Source: Enoplolaimus lenunculus
Taxonomy: Eukaryota
Length of the DNA: 64,000 bases
Assembly: GCA_030248215.1 (NCBI GenBank)
Contig: JASANG010001107.1
Span: 558,001-622,000 of the forward strand
Direction: 5' to 3'
Position numbers and translations under genes: made by a program. Numbering within the stretch: position 1 is the stretch's first letter; each line of letters begins with the position of its first letter. The notes under the pieces were generated by a model. It had not been told where the DNA came from. It made no database searches and saw only the letters and a list, made by a program, of their open reading frames with translations. Below are positions 13,709 to 26,095 of this stretch, piece after piece.

Positions 13709-16559
13709 TTTAGGTTGTTTACCAAAAAGAATTGTTTGAGTGAACCCAAAATACAAAATCGAAGGCGTAATTACGGTTTGGGCTAACCCACTGCATAATT
13801 CGTTTTTTGCAAGTAGCACATGCCTTGTGATTGGTTACTACCTTAATGCCAAACACAATTATGATTTAGCTGATGCAAATACTCTTTTCTGATTGGCTAC
13901 GTAATCGCTACTTTTGGCTACCAAACAGTTTGCTTTACTAAGCGAAGTGGAATCAAGCCGGAATAGGATTATCAAGCAACCAAACGAAAACTAACAGCTT
14001 TATTAAACATAATTCCGCCTTCGGCTAGCCTATGTCGTAATTCCGCTTTGGACTAGCCCAATTCGGAATTGGACTGAATTATGACTTGGGCTGCGACATA
14101 TATAGCCTACCTCAAAAACACAACAATTTGTTTTAATTTCGTCAAGTCGCATTTATTTTGTGTCGTATACCTTGAATTAAGTTCAATAATTATATTTTAA
14201 ACGCTTCAATCTTACAAATATCCATCTGTTATTTTACCACATAAATTTGATAAATTTTAATTAGCTTTAGGGTTTATATTATTTCTACATAATTAAGAGA
14301 GACTTTGAAAAATAGTCCTTCAGCACTTGGCAAACAAAGGTTCGCTCATGCTAAGGTTCTTTGTATTTTTGCTTTTGTTTTGTAATCTGCACTATTGAAC
14401 ACTGGCCAATGGGTTAATGTTGTAACAGCGCGTGATGGAAATTTTTTAGAAAGGTACTTTTTAATGGATAAAGCGATGCGAGTACAATAGTTAAAGTTGA
14501 TTTTTTCCGTTATCAACTACACTCTCACTGCTGCACTCTCAAGTTTGAAGGATAGGTTTAAACTAAATTATGACTTTGATATACACAGACCGAGAATATT
14601 AGGCATTTCAACTGTAGGAAATATATGCTTCAAATGAGATCGGATAAAATGTGTAGTTATCGTATAACCTTGTCAGAAAAAAGAGGCTCTGGTCCCCCAG
14701 TTCCCTTCATCTCAAAAAATTGGCACATATATTACCCCACAGCAAAAATAGCGTTTTATAACTTTTGCCGGCCGCCGCCTCCGTCAGAAATTTCTGGATC
14801 CGGTGCTGATGCCCTACTCTGTGATCCATTCTATAACTGGTGTGTGTAGTAGTTTGTACAGTTTTTGGGAAACACGCGCTCATGGTTGCAACTGGTGTCT
14901 TTATATCTCCCAACTGGCAGTATGCAGACAGTTAAATACCGTTTGACTTAGACGCGGCGAATTTCATATAATATATCTATAGGAGCAAAAAGATTTCAAA
15001 AGGCACATAGAAGTTGTTTTAAAGCTATTGGAAAGTTTATCTGTCCCAGGCGTGAAGCTTCTTATAGAGCGAGGGTGGCGCCGAACCCGTCTCTTGTTTA
15101 CATCTTTGTACTTGCGGTCCTGCTGCAAAGGCAAAATCGCACATCGCTTCTGACCCATATCAGTGGCGTATCTTTAATAACAGTATTTGTATTTAATATT
15201 TTTTATTTTAATCATATTGCACAAAATATCTAATACCACGGATAAGACCAAAATATTGGACTGGGGCGAGCACAATGAAATTTAGTGAAACAAATTTTAT
15301 CGCTGTCAAATACATTTGTTCAACGTTTCAATCTATATGCCAATTGGAATAAAATTTACAATAGGTAATCAACCAGAGGCACTGCTGTACCAATCCCTTG
15401 CAAATGCCTGTCGAAACCAATGTCGGCTGTGTCACTTTCTCATTTTTATCTCAAATTTCCGCGTCGAAACTTTTATTTTTATTCGCAAACTCTGTTGTTA
15501 ATAAATGCTTTACTTCGTTGTTTTCTTAAAATAAAGCTTAAATGTGAGGAAACCATGCCTGAAATGGAAACTGTGTTTAAAAAATAAAGTGAATTAATAA
15601 GTATACTAATGAGGTAATTTTTGTATCAAGCCAGGGCTCGTAGCTAGAGAAGGCAGAGGGCTGAGTTATATCTGAAATATTTTGGCCCTTCTAGTAAAAT
15701 TTTTAACCCAGCTTGTAAGCGAAGATCATGCATGCCTGTACTGAAATATTGTTGTCCCCCGTAGAACGTTGAGCTGGATATAGGCTGGCTCAAAATGTGT
15801 TGTGCGCCATTCATAATTGAAGGCAGATTTGATATGCTTTTATTTTATTTAGTTGGCGGACTGAACGAATAGTTATTGAGATTGTTACAAATTATGGCTG
15901 TAACTTGAGAGCCATTGATCAATATTTAGTTTTTGTTAACTGTAGTGGTTGAAATTTCGTATTCATAAAAACTGTAACAAAGTTTGCCGGTAATTGCAAA
16001 AACTGTTTGAAACTTTAAGCTTTACTTATAAGCTTTAACACGGACGATTTCACTGTCACTCACTTGTCTAGATTGACTTTGTGTATAATTGAAACCGTAA
16101 ATTTAACCTCTTGTACAATGGTCTGGACTTTTGCTCGCTTCGCTCGTGAAGTTATTTTCAGCTGATCCGAAATGACGTGGACTGTTCGACCCGATCCATG
16201 TGACTGTATGTAATGTTTCAGTATATTTTATGTATAAATACATGCAGAGCCGGTTTTACCGTGTACGAGAAAAACCTTTTTTGTTTAAATTGAGTGAGTA
16301 TATTTGATGGAAACAAAATACGGTTGGCTTCTGGCTCGGTTGCCCGGAAAACGATCCGCTTAAACGCAAACTTTAGTACTGTGGTTTTCCCAAATGTGGT
16401 TTGGCATCTCGCTCGCTTCGCTCGTGAAGTTTCTTTTATTACATTTTGCGCTATAATTTTCGATGTAAATTTATTCTCCCGATGCGTAATCCCTCGAAAA
16501 TTTTCTCTCCCTCCCATTCCACCAAATAAATTTCTGGATACGAAACTGCCTTACCCCCA

Positions 16560-16815
16560 GATTGTCCCAAAATAGCATTTTCCCGGATATATCCGCATTG
16601 GCCAAAATTCCAATTTCCTGGGTAATAATCCCAATTTCCCAAAACCCCGGGCGAGAAATGCTATGGCCAGAATCCCAATTTATCGGGTAATAGCCGAATT
16701 TCACAAAATTCAATTTCCCGGGTGATATGTGAATTTCCCAAAATCCCAGTTTGCCCGGTAATATCCCTATTTCCCAAAACCGCAATTTCCCGGGTAATAT
16801 CCGCGGATTTTGGGA
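16560..16815. repeat. Degenerate ~28-bp minisatellite (cccaaaatcccaatttcccgggtaatat-like)
   Basis: Recurring ttcccgggtaata / cccaaaa / cccaatt motifs at roughly 28-bp spacing. Confidence 0.7.
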
Positions 16816-18580
16816 AGGACATCTTCAGTACCTACATGGATCCCTTGTGTTGTCCCCCAACACAACATAAACCAATATTTTGTATTAAAATTTAGTATTA
16901 AAATTGCTTTTGGCTTCCTATTGCTTCGCTTTCGATATTTTTCCACTGTGGTATATGTACACTGAGCCATCCTTTAAAGTCTGGATCTGCCACTGGTTCT
17001 TGTTTCGGGTCCTTGGCGTATAATTTCTTTTCGGTCTGTATTTTGTGACATAACCATGAACTACATTTTGACTAAATTGACTTGTTGAAAACTATTCAAC
17101 ATTTTGCCAAGTTTTCAATTTTTAGTGGAAAGTTAACTTTGTAATGTACGCATGATCATACAGTTCTTTTTAAAAGACTAGCTACTGATGGACATTCAAG
17201 GTATCCTGATAAAGTATTCTTATAGACGAATTATTTTGATTTAACCATGGGCACCTAAATGGGTTAAACAGGTTGGACATATCTTGCATGCGTTACGTTT
17301 GGACTGGCCGTACGGGACAAACAGAAATATGTTCCAAACTGCATCTCAACGCCATCTTGTAAACAATCCTATTTGACCGACAGAGTAGGCTAACGTGTTT
17401 TCCCCTGCCAGTTTTCACAAACTTTTTCTGCGATCCTGGGTTATGCTTAATATATCTGAAAAAACTGTTCCATAAACTCTGGTTTGTATAATCATATAAG
17501 TAGCGGGTTTGGCAACAATATTTATATTATAAGTACTGTCAAACTTGAAATGTCGCGAGGAAAAACTGTATACACTGAATTCCCACGTGTATGTTGCAAC
17601 GAATCAGAGAGCACTTGATGCGCGATATTGAAAACAGACTGATTTGAGGCAACCAATAGTGATTCTGTATTTGAAGTTAAATTTGTCGCCTCCGTTAATG
17701 AGGGGCATTAAGTGGAGAGGAGTGATCCGAAAGAGGCAAATGTTGTTTTCTTTTTTTACTTATGTTGCATTCTTGGGCCCATGTAAAGATCAGGGACGGA
17801 ACGTTTTTCTGTGGGTCTGCAATAGAGAAAGATTAAGCTTTAGACTATTTTTGCTTAGCTTAGGCCTAGACTTAGGCTTAGGCTTAGGCTTAGGCTTAGG
17901 AATATGCTTATAATACTATGGGCCTTTAACTGGAGGTTTGAAATTGAAAAAGAATTTCACATAATGTTTTTCCAAACTGAACAAAATAAGTTTTGCCCGT
18001 TCCGGTCTTGGCAATTATTACTCAATTTGAAAACTTCCGGTTGTACAACAAAGCTACCAACTAAACGTTCTATTGCATTGTTGACAAACCTCAGTAGAAA
18101 AGACCATAATATATGTAGAGAGAGGAAACCGTTTCTATTGTACGACAATGGTAGATTTGAGTTGTCCACCGTGAATTCACAAATTTCTTAATGGGGCAGG
18201 CGCGTGACATAGGGGTTATAGTGAAAAAACTCAAGTGTGAAGCGAGCTTGAAGGTAAATGCAATTTTAGCACTAAATTTTAATGCAAAATTTTAACTGTG
18301 ATTCCTGTTAGGAAAACGGCCATGACCTGAGTGCCCTGCTTTGGAATACCCAGTGATTTTAATCTCACGAAGGTTATGGGATAGCACCCATTAGGCGCAA
18401 TAGACCTGGTTTGAAAAAGGTATATATTTTTAAATAAAATAGTATTTTAGATCGCATTAGAATTATTTTACTTAAACGTTAAATGATTCAAATTCAAATA
18501 TTAGTTTCTTCACCGCAAACGAAGCCCAAGTGTCACAAGTCACAATGCTCCGATCCTCAGAAGTCAATCAGACGGTTTTC

Positions 18581-18770
18581 ATTGGTTGCTGTTATAAATG
18601 AAAACATATTCATCGAATCAGATGCGAAATGCCGGATGCAACGCCACAAACTCGTTGTCAATTGAACGGTTGTGATTGGTTAAAGCCCGGAATTTTGTTA
18701 CAACGGAAGATAAACAAATTCCCGAATCAAACAATGGAAGAGTGTTTTGTGATTGACGACAGTACAGAAG
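18581..18770 (+). promoter_or_regulatory. Candidate CCAAT-box promoter and short first exon (MEECFVIDDSTE)
   Basis: ATTGG at 18581 and 18675; ATG 18734 in aacaATGg context; AAG|GTTGGT donor after 18770 (phase 1). Confidence 0.3.
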
Positions 18771-21017
18771 GTTGGTAGTTATTCAGCCCTGTGACGTATC
18801 CATAGGAGCGTAATTTTAGGAAGCTGTTTGTCAGCCAATCTATTTACAAGGGCCTAATTCTACGTGGTTAGGAGGCTCTGACTCTTAAAAATTTTCTATA
18901 TGTTTTCTTATTGTTACGGAAAGATAGCAAGTGAAGCTAAGCCACCGAATTATTTATTGCAACTGCCATGTCATCAGAGGAGTAGCCACGATTTCATTGC
19001 GAGACGGGATAACCACGTCTAAAAGTTCTCAGCGAGCAAACGATAAAATTTTATACTCGGCAGGTGTTCTATAGTAAGTGGCTTTTCGAATCTTTCCAAA
19101 AATTTTGCGGGCTGTATATCCAGCTATCCCTCCTTGCATACGCCCTTGTTTGTCGTGTAGGCCGATATATTTAGCCACTGGCTTTTCAGCTGCTTTATTG
19201 TTTTGACGGAAATTAAGGCCAAAATTTAACGGATACTTGTCGGTATGTTTTTTAAATTTCCAACAGAGTATTAACATGCCCGTAGGCAGCTCACCTTGCT
19301 AATGGGGCTCAGGAGGGCATATAAGTGGTCTCAATGACTTACGAGGCTGAAAATTTCCTAGGGCGGCCAAATTTTTCCTGGAACTTTTTAAATGCATGTG
19401 AATTTTTACTACACTTTTTATTGAAAATTTTTCAAAATACAAAGTTGCATCGTCATTTTCCTACATAAAACGCAATCATTACGATGTTTACGTTTTACTA
19501 GTGGTTTTCGCTTTTGTAAACTCTTGTCAAGCTTAAGCCTAAACCAAAGCCAAGTTTTATAAGCCTAATGTTAGGCATAAGCGTATGGCAAAAACCAACT
19601 TGTATATCAAAATCTGAAAATCTTGAAAATGTTAGGGTGAAGTTTACAACAGCGTTCCTGAGTTTCCAGCTGAGCGATAATGTATGTATTTTTCTTTCGT
19701 AATTGGGTCGAAGCTTTAAAATGTGAACTTAATTGATAATGTATTTTAACGCTTTTCTCAGTTTTAGAACAAAGTGATTTAGCTCAAATCAAAGTACAGG
19801 CAAAACAACTGGCGCAAAGTTGTATACCGTTCATAAAATTTGTCGAACATCTTACTTAAACGGCCGTCCCGGTTTCTGGTGGATCTGTAAAAGAGTAGGC
19901 TTGAATTCTAGACTACACTTGCTTGCTTAGGCTTAGGCTTAGGCTTAGGAATTTTTACGGCCCTAAGTGTAATATTGACCAAATTCTTTAAGGTTTAAAA
20001 ATTTATACTCGCAAATATAGGGCTTTAAATGCTTTCTGTTGCTCTGTCACTGTAGCCATGTCATTTGTGTATAGTTGTGGGTTAATGCTTGAAATTTTTG
20101 TGACCATCGCACTGAATAGTGGATCCGATCACACGCTATTGCTAAAACTCTATTGCAGCATATATTGACAGAAGTCTACATCTACTAGTGATCATTTGGG
20201 TAGTATTCTTGTCCGCGGGACTGTAGCGAGAGGGTGGCAAGGGGAGCTCGCCGCCCTAAAAGAATTTTACCCTCCCACCCCAGAAAGTTTTCAATGTACA
20301 GCTTGTAAGCCATCGAAAACGCTTTTGTAGGCCTCCCATGAAAAATTTCAGCCCCCTCTAACAAGATGAGCTGGCTACACACCTGCGTGGCCGGCAAATT
20401 GTATTCAAAACAAGCATTTTGCTACTGGGGAATTTGGCAGTGTATTGACATGTTTGTTTAAAAGACTTTGTTTTGCTTTGAATATTCAGTTGTCAAATTC
20501 AAAAATTAAGGTTTGTGTCATGTGTAGTTTTATCATATTTGTTTTCATTTTAAAATTTGTGTTTTTTATTAATTCTAAAATATATTTTTAAAAATTGATT
20601 GGCGTTATTAGGGTTGCGCTATACTTGACGGACGGCGCTAAACGGTGCCGTGCCGGTGACGGACGGTGCCGGATGGCGCCACACGTTTTCAACCTTAACT
20701 GTTTAATTTAAAAGCACTTACGTAATATTATGACACACGGCGAAGTGATTGGTTAACTAGTATCAAAAATAATGTCACAACGAAGATATTTGGCAACGAC
20801 ACTCCGCAGCTATGGTTCAACACGGCCTGATAGACAGGAACGTATAATATTCCGGGACATTGGGCAATATATCCACGGAAGTTTTGTAGGAGCATGAAAA
20901 TAAACAGTTTTACCAGGCTTGAGAGCAATCCTGTCCCTCCTGAAGTGATGTCCTAAAACATGGTCCAGCCGTCAACCTAAATGACAAAACGCAGGGTTGT
21001 AAACGGAAGGATACAGA

Positions 21018-21220
21018 GGCCCATGTATAGAACAGAGCCACATCGTTTTCCGGAGGGGCTATAATAGAGTCTGTTTAAGCTTTAGACTAATTTTTTGCGT
21101 AGGGTTAGGCTTACGCTTTAGGCTTACGCTTAAGCTTAGGAGTAGGCTCATCCACACGCTTAGGCTTAGGCTTAGGAATATGCTTATACTACTGTTCCGT
21201 CCCTATTCTATGCATGGGCC
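21018..21220. mobile_element. ~200-bp TIR element carrying (TTAGGC)n; representative of a high-copy family
   Basis: TIR ggcccatgtatagaacag / ctattctatgcatgggcc, with conserved core aagctttagacta-ttttttg-(ttaggc)n-gctcat-(ttaggc)n-aatatgcttata. Related copies near 184-320, 6670-6767, 17775-17925, 37216-37421, 39390-39520, 47396-47597, 50935-51055, 54825-54995, 58256-58378, 59935-60117. Confidence 0.8.
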
Positions 21221-24200
21221 GATAGGGAGATATACATCCGAAATTTTTAGAAAAACCATAAAACCGAACTGGTGTACAGGCTACATAACGAATAGTCCGT
21301 GGCTGCAGTTGTCAAAAAATATTCTCACTCGCCACGCTGGCTTGCCACATATACGTAATTATCCCCCCTTCGAAATAAAATCCTTTTTCGCCACTAAAAA
21401 CACTGGTCAGAACAGCAATTGCAAAACAGACTTTTACTAAACAAAACGAGTCGGAAATATTGAATTCTAGGTTCTAAACGACAAACCATGTATAGCAGTT
21501 GAGGTCATTTCAATATATGCTGCAATTCAGACGAATAATCTGGTAATAAGGATTATCTTTATTCGCTTGCTAGGCATCCTCCTAATAAATGCGTTGTTTG
21601 CGGTGTGGAAATTTATAAATTGTCTTTGACAAGCTTGGTTGCTTGCCTTCGGGTGCAATGTTACTGGTTAATTGTATAAGATGTTTTATTATCTTTAGTA
21701 TACGCGATTAACGTCTTCGAAAGGATTTGCACTGTAATTGATTTCGAGTTATTGGTGCCTTTAACAAGCGTCGGTATGAGTAATAATTAATTCTAAACCC
21801 GCGGCACAAGAGCAAATTCGCTCGTACTTCCCTTACGATTCTTGTACACTTTCCTCATACTTTGGCTTTCGCTTAAGCTTACGTTTAGGCCTACGATTGC
21901 TTAGGTTTATGTTTAAAAAAGGCGTATCTATGCCTAAGCCGTTTGCCTAAGTTTTAGCCTTAACTTACAAATGTGGTGGAAAATATAAAAAAAGCCCTGT
22001 CTAGAAATTGCTTGGTCATGCCGAAAACCAAAATGTTGCCTCCATTCTAATATTGTAAAAAAATTTGGTAAGAGGTATTCCATTGTTTGCGATGCTTAGG
22101 AGGCCGCGGTCGCTGAATCCTTAATACTGTAGGCACGGCATTATATTAAATAATCATTAACGATATGTCAAATTTGTGTTTTGTATTTGAAGGACTTGAA
22201 GTTTAGTCATTGTCATTTGAGTAGAATGGACACGAGGTGCTTATATTAGCTTTCACGATTCTTAGAATGAAACGATTTCAGCAGTTGTCTCAGTTCGAAC
22301 AATGACTTTTATGCCACGAAATGTGTTTGGTTCCTCGTTTCTCGCACTCAACCGTGGCGACAAATGCTTTCGATATCTTTTGAATTCTACTGGTTTAAAG
22401 TGGTGGCTTTCTGGTTTTAAATTCCTGGTGCCATTCTATGCTGTCTAAAGGTTATAATTGTAAATATAGCCCGACAGCCAACTTATTGCAATATCTCAGC
22501 ATGTAGCCAGCATATTATATTTTAGTCTTGCCATAGTTGTATACCAGCGACACTATTACTTTGCTGGTCACTAATCGCACCTAGTGACCTGATCAGTGAT
22601 TTTGTCAAACGCCAATTCTGTTATTGGTGTGAAATATGAAATATTGCTTTGGTATCATTCATAATGTCTGCCCAGCAAACACAAATTTTTTATAGAGACG
22701 GCAGGGAAATTTCTAGAAATGTCTTCAACTTGGGTAGAAATTATTGTTATACGAGAAAGCTCATGTTAGGGGCCTGCATTGTGGAAGTCACGGGGACTGG
22801 GGACTTAGTAGCTGGAATCATGTGCTGATGTTTATGCTCAGGCGTAGGATTAAGCTCACGTTTAGGCTAAGGCCCATAGTTAGCCCACCTTGCTAGGGAA
22901 TGGCTAAATTTTTTTCAAATGGGCATACAAGGAAAGACTTACAAGCAAGTTTAAAAACTTCCCACAGGGCAAAATTTCTTCCAGTGGGAGCTGAGGCGTC
23001 CTGCTCCCTCTGGCTACGTGCCTATTCTGGCTTCTGCTTATGCTCAGGCCTAGGTCTAGGTTGAGGCTTGCTTACTTAGGCTCAGTGAACAGGCCCCTGT
23101 AATTAGCAATGGCCAAGTATCTGTTAGTAACAACGTCAAGACTTGAAACCTATTTTTATAAGTGAACTAACTTCAACATCGACAGACATTCTTAAATTAA
23201 AGCCTTAGATGTAGATTGTACCTGATGCTGCAAAATTTGAAACCAATTTCGTATAGGGAATTGGCCAATTTTACTTTGAAAGGCGTAACAGCAGTAAAAG
23301 TGTATATTCCCAAGCCTAAGCCCCCTAAGCATAATAATTAGTCTACAGCTTAAGCTTACTGTCTTGGAATCTCGCATAAAACAAGAATTGCCCCACCTTT
23401 TGGTTAGAGTTATTGCCGCAAACCACAGTCAAATATTTACACACCATCTGGTGAACGCTGTTCGAGTACAATTTTATCCAGAACGACCATTAATTTATGG
23501 ATGTCGAGGGATCTGCAGCGAGCGCATCTATTTAACATTATGGCTTTTGTCTAGCCAGCGTTTGGTGAAATCTAAGCAATTCTTTACGCGATGTGATGTA
23601 TAGCCTTGAGAAATTTTAACAATGTCAGATTTACTTATGCGTATGATGCAATATTAATAATTCTTGATGAACAACACAAGCAATTTAATTTCTCAATGCG
23701 GACGGATGTAAACCGTCAAAAAATAAGGGGATTATTATCACGCGTTAGAGCACCAGTTTTTTATAACACAGGTTTTACTAAACGTCGTGAAGAATAAAAA
23801 ACACAATTTCGAACCTCTTCATCTACCCTAAACAGAATGGTAGCAATTGAGGTGAATTAGTTTTGTATGCAGCTTTCAAACATCTTTTTAACCAATTCAA
23901 ACTACGATCAAAACAATTATTCAATAGGACGGAACAAAACCAGGTTGCAGGCAACAGCAATCAAATCTTAATTTGGTTAATTTTCTATCCACAAATTTTA
24001 CATGGTTTTTGATCTTTTTCTGGAGTAAAATTTTCCACAAAGTGTAGACCAGATGTTAGACTCGTTTCTATGGAGATTTGTTACTTTCAATTTTGGACAA
24101 TAACGCGAGATTTGCACGTTGCGTCCATCATCAACTGAAACTACAGGCTGATAAAGGCTGTTGCAAAAGAAATTTGTTTATATAAGAGTTGTGGCACATA

Positions 24201-24279
24201 TTAACCTCGCGGTCCAGTGTCGTTCCAGAAATCCGAGCATCCCATCACAAAAATTTGAGGTATGAACGAAGGTGGGTGG

Positions 24280-24605
24280 GATATGATCGAAGCTGGGATT
24301 TTGGGATTTGTGAATTCGAAATACGGTCAAAAGTGGGTTTTAATTTTTCGGGATATGGTCAAAGGCGGGATTTTGGAATATGGTCTAAGTTGGAACGTTG
24401 GAATTGGGGGATATGGTTGAAGGTTGAATTTTGGGATTTCGGGCGGGATATGGTCGAAGGTGCGGTTTTGCGATTTTAAGATTTCGGAATATGGTTGAAG
24501 GTGTGATTTTGGGATTTCGGGATATGGTCGAAGGTCAGACTTAGGGATTTAGGTATACGGTCTAAAGTCGGATTTTGGAATTTCGGTATTTGGCCGAAGA
24601 TGCGA
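24280..24605. repeat. Degenerate ~30-33-bp minisatellite (gggatttcgggatatggtcgaagg-like)
   Basis: About ten recurrences of gatatggtcgaagg / ttttgggattt. Confidence 0.7.
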
Positions 24606-24607
24606 TG

Positions 24608-25070
24608 ATCCTAAACCTAAGCCTAACCCTAAGTCCAAGACAATGCCATCAAATGAATAATTTATACTTAAATCAAGGCTTGCTTTTAAAGCATAAGCTG
24701 AAACCTTAGTCCTAGCCTAATGCTATATCTAAGCCTAAGATTACAATTTTGTCCAAGGGTCATTTAAGATCTAATCTGTGTTTACAGATTAGCCTATTCT
24801 TAAAGCCTCAGCTTCAGCTAAACCTAGGCCTATGCCTAGAACCTAAGCCTAAACCTAAACGTAAGCTTAAGCCTAAGCCGTAGTCTGAGTCAAAGCCTAA
24901 GCCTAAGATTAGGCACCTCTAAAGCCTATGTCAAAGCTTCCACCAGACGCTACGCCTAAACGTCGAATTCTAGAAGACTTGCATAATCTAAACTTAAAAG
25001 GGAGACATGCCTAATTCTAAACCTAATCTTTAGCGAAAAGATTGCCTATTCCTAAACCTAAGCCTAACCC
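24608..25070. repeat. Degenerate interstitial (GCCTAA)n tract
   Basis: Many cctaag/cctaaa hexamers; similar tracts at ~11640-11730, 21865-21965, 22840-23085, 38285-38430. Confidence 0.65.
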
Positions 25071-25789
25071 AGAGAACTTGTTAACCATAAATTCTATTGA
25101 AATCATAAAATCAAGAAATCCTAAAACCCTACCACAAACAAAAGCTATCACTTTTTTAGCTGGGACGGTGGCATTTTGTTACGGCAGTAGACCTGCACGC
25201 TACCTGCGGGTAACAGCGGGTAAACGCGGGAAGGGTAAGAAAATTTTGACGCGGGTATGCCCGTGGGTAGAGAGCGCGGGTAGAGAATTTCAAAGTGCGC
25301 GTAAAAATTTGTTGATTTTTACCCACTGCAAATTTTTACCCTCTTACACCTCTAGACAGCAGTAAAGTATACATGGTGCCAGAGCTGCAGTATATGTGTT
25401 ATCTTTCAAGGCACCGCTTCTCAATAAACTGGATCTGTTTTGCCTGAAGAATAAGTAAGCCTAAGCCTAAAACCGAACAGACACAAAACCAAAATTTGGT
25501 TTTAAGATTAGCTGGTTCTATAATCTTCCAGAAAATATTGTTAGGTTAATAGTGGAAATCCCTTGGTGACATAATTGTTTATTCAAATATGATATTCATA
25601 AGCTTTAATGTTCAATGTTCCTGACAAAATTTAACTAGGTGTATTTTCCCTCTGAAAAACCAAAATAGGTCCATTTTTCAATGTACGAGAATTAGCCTTG
25701 GTGCACAAAATCTACTTGCATTTTTTTACTAAGATCATTATAGGTACACTTTCCTCTAAGAGTTGTGATATACTTGTCGTACGGCGCCG

Positions 25790-26095
25790 TTGTCCCCGTC
25801 CAGTGCCGTACGTCACCGTCCAGCGCCGTCCGTTCTCGTCCAGCGCCGTCCGTTCTCGTCCAAAGCCGTCCGTTCTCGTCCAGCGCCGTCCGTTCCTGTC
25901 CAGCGCCGTCCGTCCCCGTCCAGCGCCGTCCGTCCCCGTCCAGCGCCGTCCGTCCCCGTCCAGCGCCGTCCGTCCCCGTCCAGCGCCGTCCGTCCCCGTC
26001 CAGCGCCGTCCGTCCCCGTCCAGCGCCGTCCGTCCCCGTCCAGCGCCGTCCGTCCCCGTCCAGCGCCCTCCGTCCCCGTCCAGCGCCGTCCGTCG
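25790..26095. repeat. GC-rich 20-bp minisatellite (cagcgccgtccgtccccgtc) x~15 inside a Harbinger-like MITE
   Basis: Near-perfect tandem copies; followed by acgtcaacaaagtatagcgtattcctaa (26181-26208), the inverted end of the 39954-40135 family. Confidence 0.9.

Noticed and set aside
24608..25070. True telomere or chromosome end
   Set aside because: Degenerate, interstitial, and similar tracts occur in both orientations across the window.
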